Notes under the pieces: model-generated
What the model saw: only the letters and a program-made list of their open reading frames with translations
What the model was told of the DNA's origin: nothing
Databases searched by the model: none
Position numbers and translations under genes: made by a program
Shown: piece after piece, positions 20,356 to 31,600 of the stretch
Numbering within the stretch: position 1 is the first letter of the stretch
Layout of the letters: each line of letters opens with the position of its first letter
From: Acidobacteriota bacterium
GTDB taxonomy: Bacteria; Acidobacteriota; Blastocatellia; RBC074
Direction: 5' to 3'
Length of the DNA stretch: 64,000 bases
NCBI GenBank assembly: GCA_016196035.1
Contig: JACPYM010000059.1
Coordinates: 52,528-116,527, forward strand

Positions 20356-20528
20356 ATTGCACCTCGATTATAAACGGCAATCGCGGGCTGGCGAATCCAT
20401 TCCTGCAACCGCCGCAGGCTTTCGTCGCGGCGCTTTTCGATCTGCGCCCAGATGGGTTGCAACTCGGCGTCATCGGCGCGCGGGAAGGATGAAGTGGTGA
20501 AGGCGGCGGCGCTCAGGGCGCGGTTCAT
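20343..20528 (-). pseudogene. Possible N-terminal remnant of an M20-type peptidase gene truncated by the TA insertion
   Basis: 61-aa ORF 'LQEWIRQPAIAV' resembles M20 dipeptidase N-termini; ends where DUF433 gene begins. Confidence 0.3.
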
Positions 20529-20581
20529 ATTTGTTCCCTCAATGCTTGGAGCAATTGGAATCAGTACAACAGCAAATGTTA

Positions 20582-21040
20582 TTACCCATCCAGAAACATT
20601 TGTAGTGGTATGCATTTCTTGAATTCAGCACGGTCTGAGTTGATTATGTGCTGGCGGATAGCAGTTCCTTGTTTGTTAAGAATGTCGTGTCCTTGCGTCA
20701 GAAAATGGCGAATAAACCCCTTTTCCGCAATGTCCAAAGCTTTCGCAATTTTTTGCCCTCTTTTCAATTGTACTTCGGCACAGATCAGAATGCGTGCGCC
20801 TCTCGGAGCGTTCTCAATCGCCTTCATCAAGCGGGCATTGTTCAACTGCTGTTTGATACGTGCGCGTAAGTTCAAAGCCTTCCCGATGTAGAGAATATGA
20901 ACTGATTGACCATGTCGTCGCGCAAATAAATAAATGCCCGATGTTTCCGGCAATTCTCCCAAGTCCGTGGTGTAAATCAGATTCTCTCTCGACCCATTGT
21001 GTAGCGGCCTGAAACGGCGCCAACTGAGGTTCACTTCCAT
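20582..21040 (-). CDS. GIY-YIG nuclease-domain protein (stand-alone, low-GC)
   Basis: 'SGIYLFARRHGQSVHILYIGKALNLRARI' GIY...YIG motif; AAGGAA RBS; AT-rich relative to flanks. Confidence 0.65.
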   Translation of the reverse strand: MEVNLSWRRFRPLHNGSRENLIYTTDLGELPETSGIYLFARRHGQSVHILYIGKALNLRARIKQQLNNARLMKAIENAPRGARILICAEVQLKRGQKIAKALDIAEKGFIRHFLTQGHDILNKQGTAIRQHIINSDRAEFKKCIPLQMFLDG

Positions 21041-21208
21041 TTTTTGATTATTCCTTTTTGCTATTCCTGGTGCCACCTGTTTCCGCCACGGAAGCAAGTG
21101 AGCCGCCCGCGATGTACCACGCGAAGCTGCGGATTTCACGAAAGCGCTGACGACCACCTGAACGGCCTGAAGCCAAGCGTCTCCCGCGTAGCAAGCCAGT
21201 AATGACCG

Positions 21209-21607
21209 CTACCAACAAATTTCGACCAAGCCTGACTCAATGATGGCCGTATCGCGCGTGATGAGCGGCAAGTCTTTGATTTTGGCCGTGGCAATAATCG
21301 CCGCATCGAAAATGTCATTGTTGAAACCATAGTTCCTGGCCTCGGCGATAATTTCAGCGTCCAACGGAGCAACTTCAAAACCCGGTTGGGCGAGCAATTC
21401 GGCCAACCACGCGCGAAACGGCTGGCCTAAATTGATCTGCCCGGTTCTTTCCAGATTCGATATTTCCCAAAGCGCCACGGCTGGGATGTAGATCAAGGCT
21501 TGGCTCTGTGCCGCACTCTCAAACGCTGCCAGCGCGCGTTTTGATAAGTGGCGTTGGCTGGTCGAGTAATAAATCAGCGCGTTGGTGTCGGTCACATACA
21601 AAGACAT
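21209..21607 (-). CDS. vapC: PIN-domain toxin VapC
   Basis: 'LYVTDTNALIYY' PIN N-terminus, 132 aa, downstream of small antitoxin ORF. Confidence 0.8.
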   Translation of the reverse strand: MSLYVTDTNALIYYSTSQRHLSKRALAAFESAAQSQALIYIPAVALWEISNLERTGQINLGQPFRAWLAELLAQPGFEVAPLDAEIIAEARNYGFNNDIFDAAIIATAKIKDLPLITRDTAIIESGLVEICW

Positions 21608-21618
21608 GGCAGGCCTTT

Positions 21619-21852
21619 CTATTCGGCCAGTTCAGCACGCAGTTGCGCGCCTCTTGCTTCAAGCGTCGCCATCATGGCGGCGCGTTGCTGCTTAGTCATC
21701 TCGTCAATCTCACCATTGACAGTCATCGAGCCTGCCAGTTGAAATTGCTCTGTCTTGACCGCCTCGGCGAACAGTCGCCGGATAAGCTGAAGCCGTTCTT
21801 GCATGGGCAATAATTGAATCTGCTGATAGATTTGTTGCTGTGCTGTGCTCAT
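21619..21852 (-). CDS. Type II antitoxin (VapB-like)
   Basis: ~77 aa small ORF immediately upstream of vapC on same strand. Confidence 0.55.
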   Translation of the reverse strand: MSTAQQQIYQQIQLLPMQERLQLIRRLFAEAVKTEQFQLAGSMTVNGEIDEMTKQQRAAMMATLEARGAQLRAELAE

Positions 21853-22013
21853 AAGCCTCCAATGCAATCAGGTCGTTGTCCTTGCCGGGCAGCGCGATTC
21901 TAAATCAGGAGAAACGACAATGGAACACTGGTTGTCGGAGTTGTGCGCCTCTTTCTTCGAGCGCAGCCCGCACAGCGGCACGTTGCCAAAGAATAAGCCC
22001 GACAAGTGAGGGC

Positions 22014-23558
22014 TTACTGTAGCCGCAATCGCAGAATCGTCAGCGAGTGCGCCGGGAAGGTGTAGTTGAATCCATTGTTTTCAACCGTCGCCGTCAGGTT
22101 GCGCGTGACGGGGCGAACTTTCTTGTCGTCGCCAAACGTGTGCGTCGCTTTCAAATCGGGATGGTTCAACTCCCACACGCCGACGGCGTTCGTCAATTGG
22201 CCTTCCTGATTATCAATGCGCGTCGTCAGGTCTTTGTCCTTGCTGCGATTCAGCACGTTGACGAAGAGCGTTTTCTCAGCCGCGTTGTAGGTCGTCGAAA
22301 CATCCAGATATTTCAGTGGCGGGCGATTGCCGACTTTATAGGTCGGCGCCGACACCAACACATTGAGCGCTTGATTGCCTTTTTGTTTGGCGAATTCCGC
22401 CAGCGGGAAATAGATCGTCTGCAAAAACAGCCCTTGTTTATTGGTCGTAATCGGCGCGATGACGTTGACCATCTGCGCCAGGTTCGCCATCTTGACGACA
22501 TCGGCGCGGCGGAAAAACGAATTGAAAAACATGCCCATCGCCAGCGCGTCTTCAAAGTGGTAAACCTCTTCCAGCTTCTCGCGGTTGCCCGTGCGATACC
22601 AGACGTTCCATTCGTCGTAGGCAATGTAAAACGGGCGCGGATTCGGATTGCCCACTTGCGCCTGTTTGATCAGTCCGGCGGTGACTTCGATGTAATTGTC
22701 AAGCGTCTGCGACCAGGCCAGAAACCGCTCAAAATCGTTGTCGCGGTTGTTGATGTAAGTATGCAACGCGATGTAATCCGCCGTGTTCTTGAGCGTGTTG
22801 ATGACGGTGCGATTCCAGTGAATCCAATCCGCACCGTAATTGCTCGAACCGCTGGCAATCAACTTGATGCTTGAATCGGTCGAGCGCATGGCCTTGGCGG
22901 CTTCGAGCGCGAATTTGGAATACTCTTCGGCGCTCTTGTTGCCGAGTTGCCAGGGGCCGTCAATCTCATTGCCGAGCGCCCAGTATTTGACTTTGTATGG
23001 CTGCTCGCGCCCATTCTTGCGGCGCTGATCGGCCCAGTACGTATGGCGCGCTTCGTTGCAGTATTCGACCCAGTGCCGCGCGTCATCAATCGTGCCGAGA
23101 CCCGCGTTGATGCAGATGTATGGCTCGGTGCCGATCGTCTCGCAATACTTCAAAAACTCATCCGTGCCGAAGCGATTGCTTTCCAGATCGTCCCACGCCA
23201 AATCTTTGCGCACGGGGCGCTGATCTTTCGGGCCGATGCCGTCTTTCCAGTTATAACCCGAAGCGAAGTTGCCGCCCGGCCAGCGCAAAATCGAAACGTT
23301 CAATTGCTTGACGACCTCCATCACGTCTTTGCGATAGCCGTCTTTGTCGGCGAGCGGGCTGCCTTCTTCATAAACGCCGCCGTAAATCATCCGCCCCAGG
23401 TGCTCGGCGAAATTGCCGAAGAGCAGCGGGCTTACGTCGCCGATGGTGCGGTCAATGTCTATCTTGATGCGGGCCTGCGGCGCTTGCGCTTTGGCGGCAG
23501 GTAAACTGATCGTGACAAAGAGAAGGGCAAACAGGCATAGAGTAAGTAGCGTGCGCAT
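22014..23558 (-). CDS. abfA: GH51 alpha-L-arabinofuranosidase, secreted
   Basis: Signal peptide; '[16 protein letters not shown]', '[12 protein letters not shown]' catalytic-region motifs typical of GH51 AbfA. Confidence 0.85.
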   Translation of the reverse strand: MRTLLTLCLFALLFVTISLPAAKAQAPQARIKIDIDRTIGDVSPLLFGNFAEHLGRMIYGGVYEEGSPLADKDGYRKDVMEVVKQLNVSILRWPGGNFASGYNWKDGIGPKDQRPVRKDLAWDDLESNRFGTDEFLKYCETIGTEPYICINAGLGTIDDARHWVEYCNEARHTYWADQRRKNGREQPYKVKYWALGNEIDGPWQLGNKSAEEYSKFALEAAKAMRSTDSSIKLIASGSSNYGADWIHWNRTVINTLKNTADYIALHTYINNRDNDFERFLAWSQTLDNYIEVTAGLIKQAQVGNPNPRPFYIAYDEWNVWYRTGNREKLEEVYHFEDALAMGMFFNSFFRRADVVKMANLAQMVNVIAPITTNKQGLFLQTIYFPLAEFAKQKGNQALNVLVSAPTYKVGNRPPLKYLDVSTTYNAAEKTLFVNVLNRSKDKDLTTRIDNQEGQLTNAVGVWELNHPDLKATHTFGDDKKVRPVTRNLTATVENNGFNYTFPAHSLTILRLRLQ

Positions 23559-23584
23559 AGTGATCTCCCAGTCAATTGGGCCAA

Positions 23585-23690
23585 CCTGGGTACGTAGCGC
23601 TCAGCGTGCAGTCTCGGCATGAGATATTTTCCTTCCGGTAGGAAGGCGTCCGATGCCGAGACCGCACGCTGGAAGCGCTGCGTACCCAGG
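23585..23690. repeat. Family A palindromic element copy A2
   Basis: cctgggtacgtagcgctcagcgtgcag ... cgcacgctggaagcgctgcgtacccagg. Confidence 0.8.
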
Positions 23691-23700
23691 TTGACCCATC

Positions 23701-26028
23701 TCACAATTTCACTTCAAGTGGGCGTCCGGCAAAAACAACCTGGTGCGCTGCCTTTTCGCCCGCAAGGCGGATTTCAAGTCTACGTTGTTGCGGCGTTGGC
23801 GGCTTCGAGCTATTTGCCAGCCGCAACGAAAGCGTGCGGCGCGCATTGTTCCAGTTGATTTGAATCTTTGTGAACTCGCCGCGCTGGTAATTGAAGGTCG
23901 CGCCGTCGTCTTCATACAGCGTGAACACGCCGTCTGCGCCGGGATAAACGACCAGCGTCAACGGGCCATCAACCTTTTCGCTGGTGTATTGCTTGACCGG
24001 GTCAAGTGGAAGGATCGCGCCGGCGCGCACATACAGGGGCATCGTCGCCAGATCAACGGCTTTGCTGATTTCGCGTCCGCCCGCGAGTTTTTCTTCCGTC
24101 CAGAAGTCGTACCAGTCGCCGCGCGGCAAATAGACGTTGCGTGAAGTCGCGCCTTTTTCGACGACGGGCGCAACCAACACATCGCGTCCCCACAAGTATT
24201 CATCGCCGCGCAACACCGCCGTCGCATCGTCGGGATAATGCAGCCAGAGCGCGCGCATCACCGGCAAGCCCGTTTCGTGCGTTTCGCGCACGGCGGAATA
24301 CAAGTACGGCATCATGCGATAGCGCAATTCCAAATACTTTTTGCAGATTGGCTCGACTTCGGCGTTGTGCAATTCGCTCAAATCGGGATTGGCCGCGCCG
24401 CCCGTGTAATTCGAGATTTCGTTATGCCCAAGCTCACCCGTATTCCAGCCCCACGGCAAGCGCAAATGCCACGTCCGCCCGTGCGCGCGAAAGAGCGGGC
24501 AGAACGCGCCGAATTGAAACCAGCGCACGTGCAATTCGCCCGTATATTCTTTGGTTGGGACGAAGCCGCCGATGTCTGTGCCCCACCACGGAATGCCTGT
24601 CAATCCGGTGTTCACGGCGATGGGGACGTGAACTTTCAAGGTTTCCCATGTCGAATAGACATCGCCTGACCAGAGGAATCCGGCGAAGCGTTGCATCCCC
24701 GCGTGGCCGTTGCGATGCAGCGCAAACACACGCTGATTCGGACGCAAGGCTTGCGAGCCGTCGTAATACATCCGAATGCGCGCCAGCCGTGATGTCGCAT
24801 CCAGTCCATCGCCCTGATCCGGCCACCAGCCGTCAATGCCCGCGTCGTAAAGCGTTTTGTGAACAGGCCAGTAACACGCGACCTGACGGTTGTCGGGCCA
24901 TTTGCCATCGGGCGTGCGACCGCTCGGCAACGGCGCAGCAGTGCAGGCGTCTTTGACCGTGCCAGTTAATTTTCGGCCTTCGATGACGGTGTGCAGCACG
25001 ACTTTGAAATGCTGGTCGTGTAATTCGTCAATCATCTTTTTCGGCTCAGGGAAGTTCTTCGGATGCCACGTGAATTCGCCGTTGTGTGTGTTCCAACCCG
25101 AAGGCGTGAAATCGGTGCCGAGATAGATCAACGCATCGCACGGCAATTTCTTTTCGCGCAGCGTGCGCGCCACCCATTTGATTTCGTCAGGCCCTGCGAG
25201 CGTGCGATGCGATTGCAAATAGCCGAACGACCACAGCGGCGGCAATTCGGGCTTGCCTGTCAGCCGCGCGTATTCGGCCAGCACTTGCGCGGGTTCGGTT
25301 GCGCCGACGATGAAAACGTCTATCGGCAACGCGCCCAATTCCGTGCCCGCCAACGCGCCGGAGACGCTGCTCTCAGGGCGATCCGGCACGCGCGGCGTGA
25401 GCTTGCCTTCTTTGCCAGTCAGGTCAAACGAAACGAGCGGATGCTGAATCAACAGCGCCCAACCGCCCGTGCCGATGAGCCATTGAATCGGCACGCGTCC
25501 GCCGTGCGTGCGCAAGCGATAGCCGCCCTGCCCGTTGCGGTTGGTATACGTTTCGCCGCGCCGGTCGAATTGTGGGCCGCCTTCGCCAAAACCGAGCACA
25601 GGTTTGTCGCCAATCTGAAACGTCAGCGCACCCGTTTGCACGTCGGGGCGTAACTCTTGCACCAACCGCCCGTCTTTGGCTTCGATGCGGATGGTGAGTG
25701 GTTCCGGTGACAGCTTCACACGCAAATCGCCACAGCGCACCGTGCGTTCGCGGGGGAGTGAGGTCAGCCGGGCAACAGGCGCAGGCCAGGTTTGCGGGGC
25801 CAGCGAACCGTCTTCGGGCAAGGGCAGTGGTCGGCCATTTTCGAGTGCCGCGATGGTTAGCCGCAGAGTCTGGGCGCTGACCGAAGTGAGCGCGATTTCG
25901 ACGGCCTTGCCGGCAAGGCGTAAGGCGGCGTCCTGCTCCGGCGCAGGCAGATGAGTGTTCAACAGCGCGCCAGCGCCTGCCGTGCTGAAACGCTTCAATG
26001 CTTCCCGGCGCGTGATAGGTTTTTTCAT
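23701..26028 (-). CDS. GH31 family glycoside hydrolase (alpha-xylosidase/alpha-glucosidase-like), Tat/Sec-exported
   Basis: 'GIDGWWPDQGDG' and 'WWGTDIGGF' GH31 catalytic-region motifs; start at MKKPITRREALK (ATG 26028). Confidence 0.75.
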   Translation of the reverse strand: MKKPITRREALKRFSTAGAGALLNTHLPAPEQDAALRLAGKAVEIALTSVSAQTLRLTIAALENGRPLPLPEDGSLAPQTWPAPVARLTSLPRERTVRCGDLRVKLSPEPLTIRIEAKDGRLVQELRPDVQTGALTFQIGDKPVLGFGEGGPQFDRRGETYTNRNGQGGYRLRTHGGRVPIQWLIGTGGWALLIQHPLVSFDLTGKEGKLTPRVPDRPESSVSGALAGTELGALPIDVFIVGATEPAQVLAEYARLTGKPELPPLWSFGYLQSHRTLAGPDEIKWVARTLREKKLPCDALIYLGTDFTPSGWNTHNGEFTWHPKNFPEPKKMIDELHDQHFKVVLHTVIEGRKLTGTVKDACTAAPLPSGRTPDGKWPDNRQVACYWPVHKTLYDAGIDGWWPDQGDGLDATSRLARIRMYYDGSQALRPNQRVFALHRNGHAGMQRFAGFLWSGDVYSTWETLKVHVPIAVNTGLTGIPWWGTDIGGFVPTKEYTGELHVRWFQFGAFCPLFRAHGRTWHLRLPWGWNTGELGHNEISNYTGGAANPDLSELHNAEVEPICKKYLELRYRMMPYLYSAVRETHETGLPVMRALWLHYPDDATAVLRGDEYLWGRDVLVAPVVEKGATSRNVYLPRGDWYDFWTEEKLAGGREISKAVDLATMPLYVRAGAILPLDPVKQYTSEKVDGPLTLVVYPGADGVFTLYEDDGATFNYQRGEFTKIQINWNNARRTLSLRLANSSKPPTPQQRRLEIRLAGEKAAHQVVFAGRPLEVKL

Positions 26029-26063
26029 GCGGGTGTCTCCTGACTGTGTGGTTCGCTCGCTGG

Positions 26064-26759
26064 TTATTGCCCCTGCTGCATAAACTCTTTCAGTTCGCGC
26101 CCGGCCTTGGCGATGTGTTCTTCCAATAACCGGCTGGCGGCGGCGGCCTTGCGTTGACGGCACAATTCCAGAATCGTGCGGTGCTCGTCCTTGGCATTGC
26201 GGTGGGCCGCGTGCGAGAACAGGATGTGCAGGCGAATATAACGGTCGGCGTTGTTGTTGACCGTTTGAATCAGCGCGAGGGAGCGCCCGCGGTTGGCCGC
26301 GGCATAGAGCGCCGAATGAAATTGCCAATGCAAATCGCCCCAGACATCGAAATCCGCTTCATGGTTGAGCGCGTGTTCATAGGCTTGCAACGCCGCTTCG
26401 GCGCGGGTCAGGTGGGCAGCGGTCAGATGCGGCACGGCGCGGCGCAGCGTCAGGCTTTCGAGCACAGCGCGAATCTCGAAGAGTTCTTGGATCTCCTCCG
26501 CCGAGAGCGCGGTCACCACCGCGCCGCGATGATCTTGAATTTCGATCAAGCCTTCGGCCTCTAATTGGCGCATGGCCTCGCGCAGGGGAATGCGGCTGAC
26601 GGCGAATTCCTCGGCAATGGCGTGTTGGCGCAACTGCGTGCCCTCGCGCAATTCGCCGCGCAAAATCTTGTTGCGCAAGCGGTCGGCCACGGCAGTGGTG
26701 AGCGTCTGGCGGGGTATCGCCTGGCGCGGGGTGAGACTTCCGTTGATTGGTTCACTCAT
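26064..26759 (-). CDS. GntR-family (FadR/FCD subfamily) transcriptional regulator
   Basis: N-terminal wHTH 'EEFAVSRIPLREAMRQLEAEGLIEI' plus FCD-type C-domain. Confidence 0.8.
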   Translation of the reverse strand: MSEPINGSLTPRQAIPRQTLTTAVADRLRNKILRGELREGTQLRQHAIAEEFAVSRIPLREAMRQLEAEGLIEIQDHRGAVVTALSAEEIQELFEIRAVLESLTLRRAVPHLTAAHLTRAEAALQAYEHALNHEADFDVWGDLHWQFHSALYAAANRGRSLALIQTVNNNADRYIRLHILFSHAAHRNAKDEHRTILELCRQRKAAAASRLLEEHIAKAGRELKEFMQQGQ

Positions 26760-26799
26760 GGTTGTTTCTCGCAGCAATGCTAGTGCTTTTCAAATTAGC

Positions 26800-27078
26800 T
26801 CGGCTTTCACTTCGGTGTATGGAAAAACCGCGCAGCGGACGGTACCGCGCGCGTGAGCAAGCGGAGCCTGGGCGGTTCGGCCAACGGCGTAAACTTGACG
26901 CGCCGCTTGCTCACGCGCGCGGTACCGTCCCGGCCGCCGCGCCGCTTGCTCACGCGCGCGGTACCGTCCCGGCCTCACGCGCGCGGTACCGTCCCGGCCG
27001 CCGCGCCGCTTGCTCACGCGCGCGGTACCGTCCCGGCCGCCGCGCTCCCGTAAACGCAATTGCAAACCGGTCTAAGAG
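26800..27078. repeat. Family B element copy B1: 27-bp inverted arms (GGACGGTACCGCGCGCGTGAGCAAGCGG) with ~3.7 tandem copies of a 37-40-bp unit
   Basis: Tandem units 26901..27045 (cgccgcttgctcacgcgcgcggtaccgtcccggccgc); conserved termini tttcacttcggtgtatgg / cgtaaacgcaattgcaaaccggtctaag shared with B2, B3. Confidence 0.75.
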
Positions 27079-27212
27079 CGATGACCGGTTGCCATCGTTC
27101 GGATTCAGAATCTGCCGATGCTTACACAATCAGTAAAGCAAGCGCCGAGACTGCTGGTCTTGCATCCCCGTAAGCCGGGTTGAACCCGATTAGGGTGGCA
27201 CGAGACAGCGAA

Positions 27213-28034
27213 TCACACCTCGCGCAGCGATTCGCGATATTGTGAAGGGGCGGCACCGAGGGCGCGTTTGAACGTGCGGGTGAAATGGCTCTGGTCGCAA
27301 AATCCCGCCGCCAGTGCGATGTCAACAATTGGGCTGGCCGATGTGGTCAACTCGTGGCAGGCATATTCAATCCGCAGTTTGCGCACATATTCGCCAATCG
27401 TGCATTGATAGGTTTTGCGGAACGTCTGGGCCAAGTAAACCGGATGCACGCCGACGTGCTGGGCGAGATCGGTGAGCGTGAGGTTTTCGGTGAAGCGCGC
27501 TTGCAGGAGTTCTTTGACCTGTTGCAACCAGAGTGGTGAGGCGGTGGGCTGATGCGCGCGGTTGCGCCGTAAGGTTTCGCCCACCAGTTCCATCATCAGC
27601 CCTTCGATGATGAGCGGCGAGATGCAATCTTCGTGGGTGAATTCCCGATAGAGTTTGTGCGCCAGCAATTCAAACACGCCGCCGTGAAAGTCGGCAGGCT
27701 CGTCGGTCAGCGGCACCTGCTCGCGCATCTTTTTCAGCCAGGCGGGCGCCAGCTCGACAATAAACGACCGCCCGCCCACAGCGTGGAAGCGCTCGGCGTG
27801 CACCTCACCCGGTGGATGAAACAAGAGGCTCGAAGACCGGCATTCGCGCGTTTGGCTGCCGTAACTTTCAGTGTATTGCCCCTGCATCACGAAGCAGAAC
27901 AAGGCTTGTTTGTGCGTGTGTTTCGGGGTCTGGTACCAGGGCGAATAAACGCGCTCCGATAACTCGAAGCATGGGAGCTTACGCAGCCGTAAGGTCTCGC
28001 CGTAATACTTTCCGGGTGGTAATTGCGGGGACAT
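27213..28034 (-). CDS. AraC-family transcriptional regulator (cupin sensor + HTH)
   Basis: C-terminal AraC HTH 'IGEYVRKLRIEYACHEL ... FCDQSHFTRTFKRALGAAPSQYR'; AAAGGA RBS. Confidence 0.8.
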   Translation of the reverse strand: MSPQLPPGKYYGETLRLRKLPCFELSERVYSPWYQTPKHTHKQALFCFVMQGQYTESYGSQTRECRSSSLLFHPPGEVHAERFHAVGGRSFIVELAPAWLKKMREQVPLTDEPADFHGGVFELLAHKLYREFTHEDCISPLIIEGLMMELVGETLRRNRAHQPTASPLWLQQVKELLQARFTENLTLTDLAQHVGVHPVYLAQTFRKTYQCTIGEYVRKLRIEYACHELTTSASPIVDIALAAGFCDQSHFTRTFKRALGAAPSQYRESLREV

Positions 28035-28630
28035 AGCAGTTCCTTTCGATTGCCGAATCGCGCGCCGCGCCTGGCGCGGATTGAGGATGACGAAGGGCCT
28101 CATCCGCGCCAGGCGAAATGCCTGCTCAATACAATGCCGGCGAGCTTCATTTTCGCTTTGATAAAACGCTTGGATCTGCGGTCAGTGGAAATTGTATACA
28201 GTATGCGCGCGGGCAGCGTCAAGAAATGTAACCCGGCTTTGACGTGTTCTTAAGCCGGTACAACCGCCCGCCTAAACGTTCAAGACGGGCGTGCCATCTT
28301 CCGCTATCTACAGTCGCAGTCACCGTTCGCACGATTTTCCCATGGCAATAAATTTGGACAGGGCTTAAGCAATATGGAACGCGGGTGCTTTACCCGTCCT
28401 GCAAATTACTCGCAAACCCGCTGCGGGTAAAAAAAACTGCCCCACACCTTCAGGTTTTTTGCGAAAGTGCTGTCGGGAAGCAATGCCGAAATGTGAAGCA
28501 AGCGGAATACGCCTTGGTCTGTGCGGGTTTTTGTTTTGCAGCAGTGCGGTCGTGGAGTTTTGTGACCAGAGATTTTCGCCAGAGATCAGAGGCGGCCACC
28601 TGAAATAACAGCAAGAATTTGGAGAACAAG

Positions 28631-31600
28631 ATGAAACTACAACTGCCGGTCAGACTTGTTGCTATAGCAATCGTTCACGCCGTTGTTTTGACGGTGCTCT
28701 CGCTCACCACGTTTGCGCAAATCACGACGACAGGCATTCGTGGCATCGTGCGCGACCCCAACGGCGCGGTGGTGCCCAATGCCACGGTCAAAGCCACCGA
28801 TAACGCCACCGGGGTTGAGCAAACCACCGTGACTTCCAGTGACGGCGGGTTCATCTTTCCGGCCTTGCAGTTCGGCTCTTATAAAATCGCCGTCACCGCC
28901 ACTGGCTTTCAAAATTCGGTGATTGCGGCGGTCGTGGTGGAATCGGGCCGCACCACCAACATCTCGGTGGATTTGAATGTCGGCGCGGCCACCGATACCG
29001 TCCAAATCGCCGCCAGCGCCGAACAACTCAACACCACCACCGCCGAAGTCGGCAGCACGATCAACAACAAGCTCGTCCAGAATCTGCCCTACGCCGGGCG
29101 CGACAGCTTGAATTTCGCCGTGCTAATCGCGGGCAGTTCGCGCAGCACCAGCGACCGCAACAGCACCTTTAACGGGTTGCCCAACGCCTCGCTCAACATC
29201 ACGCTCGACGGCATGAATAACAATTCGCAGCGCTTCAAGAGCGGTGGCACCAGCTTTTTCGCCTTCGCCCCGGCGCGCATTGACGCCATCGAGGAAGTCA
29301 GTGTTTCGACGACGGGCCTCGGCGCGGATGCGGGCGGCGAGGGCGCGATGCAGATTCGCATGACGACGCGGCGCGGCACCGAGCAATATCACGGCAAGAT
29401 TCTGTATCAGGGCATCAACGAAGCGCTCAACGCCAATACCTTTTTCCGTAATATGGCAAGCCTGCCGCGTAACAAAGCGCGCCAGCATAATCCGGTCGGC
29501 GCTATCGGCGGCCCGTTGGTGCCGTTTTCGAAGCGGCTCAAGAACAAGCTGTTTTTCTTTGCCTATTACGAAGCCCAGCCGCAACCCTTCACCCAGACCT
29601 ATTCGACGCCGGTGCTGACGACGGCGGCGCAGCAGGGCAACTTCACCTATCTGGGCACCGACGGCCAGGAGCGCACCGTGAACTTGCTGGACATCGCGCG
29701 CGTGGCGGGTCACACCGGCACGGTTGATCCCACGATGATGGGCATCCTGGGCAAGATCAACAGTTCGCAATCGGGTGCTTCAGGTTTCCAGGCCATCTCC
29801 GGCGTCTCGACGAAGTTCATGCAAAACATGCTCTGGGATCAAGCGCTCACGACGATGCAGGCTTTCCCCACGGCGCGCGTGGATTTCCAAATCAAGCCGT
29901 CCGTCGGCTGGCACGGCACGTGGAATTTGCGCCACAGCGATTTCACCAAAGGCTCGGTGCCGTATCCCGGCAGCCCCTATGATTTCGTCGGCCCGGCGGG
30001 CATCAACAGTCACTCTTCGGCGACGCCTTATATCGCCACCAATGCCGTGGATTGGACGATCAGACCGAACATCACCAACAACGCCAACCTCGGCATCCAG
30101 GGCACGAACGAATACTTCTTTATTGACGCCGATCCGAAACGCTTTGCCGAATACAACAACCGCATCATCAACACGCCGTTGGTCGGCCTTTACATCCCCA
30201 ACGTGAATACCGATGTGCGCAACAATCCTGTCTATCAATTCACCGACAATCTGAACTGGGTCAAGGGGCGGCACACGCTGACGATGGGCGGCACCTGGTT
30301 GCACACGACGTTCTATTCGCACACCTGGGGCACGGCGGGCGTGCCGCAATATAACTTTGGCGTCGTTACCGCCGACCCGATCAACAACGTGTTGCGCAAT
30401 GCGCTGACCAACGTCAACACCAACAACAACGACATCGCCAACGCGCTGAATCTCTACGCCTTGCTGACGGGCCGCATCACCAGTGTCTCGGTCGCGACGA
30501 ACGCGGATGAGAAGACCAAAGAATACCGCCCGTTTAGCGAGAGTATGCAGCGTTATGCCTTCACTACTTTCGGGCTTTACTTCCAAGACAGCTTCCGTAT
30601 GCGCCCGTCACTGACGTTGAATTACGGGTTGCGCTGGCAATTCGACGGCGACGTTCACAGCGGCAACGACTTGCTCTCGCAACCGAGCGGGTCGAATTTC
30701 TATGGGCCATCCACGGGCTTGTTCCAACCGGGCGTGCTGAGCAGCAATCAGAATCCGCAATTCGAGCAGGTGATTCACCCCTACAAACGCGATTACATGA
30801 ACCCCGCGCCGAATTTCGGCTTTGCCTGGAACCCGGCCTTTGAGAACGGCTGGCTCGGCAAGGTATTGGGCGAGCGTAAGTCGGTCATTCGCGGTGCGTA
30901 CTCGATCACCTTTTACAACGAAGGGCTGAACTCGATTTCCAATTCGCTGTCGGGCGGACGCGGTCTGACGCAAACCGGCACGGCGACCAACGGCGTCAAC
31001 TTTACGCCCGGCTCGCTCGAATTGCGCAGCCCCGCGCCGGCGATTCCGGTCTTCCCGGCGAAGTTCGGCTTCCCGATTGCGCAAAATTCATTTTCAGCGC
31101 CAGTCCCGGGCAATTACATCAACCCGGAATTGCGGTCGCCTTACGTGCAAAACTGGAGCCTGGGCATTCAACGCCAACTCACGAAAAGCACCGTGCTTGA
31201 ACTGCGCTACGTCGGCAACAAGTCCACGCATATGTGGCACCGCCAGAACATTCAGGAGGTCAACATCTTCGAGAATGGCTTCCTGAATGAATTCGTGCAG
31301 GCCAAGAAGAACCTCGACATCAACATTGCCAACGGGCGCGGGCAGACTTTTGCCAACAACAATCTGGCGGGGCAGGCGGCGCTACCGATCCTTCAGGCCG
31401 CGTTTGGCGCGCTGGGCAATCAGGCTGCGCTGACTGCCGCGCAAGGCTTCGGGAATGCGACTTTCATTCAGAATTTGAATCAAGGCGTGGCGGGCACGCT
31501 CGCGCAATCGCTGGCGACCAGCCCGACGAATTTCTGTCGGCTGGTCGGCAATAAAGTCGCTTCCTGCGTTACCGCCGGGTTCAATGTGGCGGGCGCCTAT

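Noticed and set aside
22047-22874. 275-aa plus-strand ORF
   Set aside because: Antisense to GH51 gene.
24141-24956. 271-aa plus-strand ORF
   Set aside because: Antisense to GH31 gene. Arg-rich nonsense composition.
26747-27136. ORFs with repeated 'TRAVPSRPPRRLL' and possible CRISPR-like tandem array
   Set aside because: Produced by the family B tandem 37-bp units. The repeats are contiguous without unique spacers, so it is not a CRISPR array.
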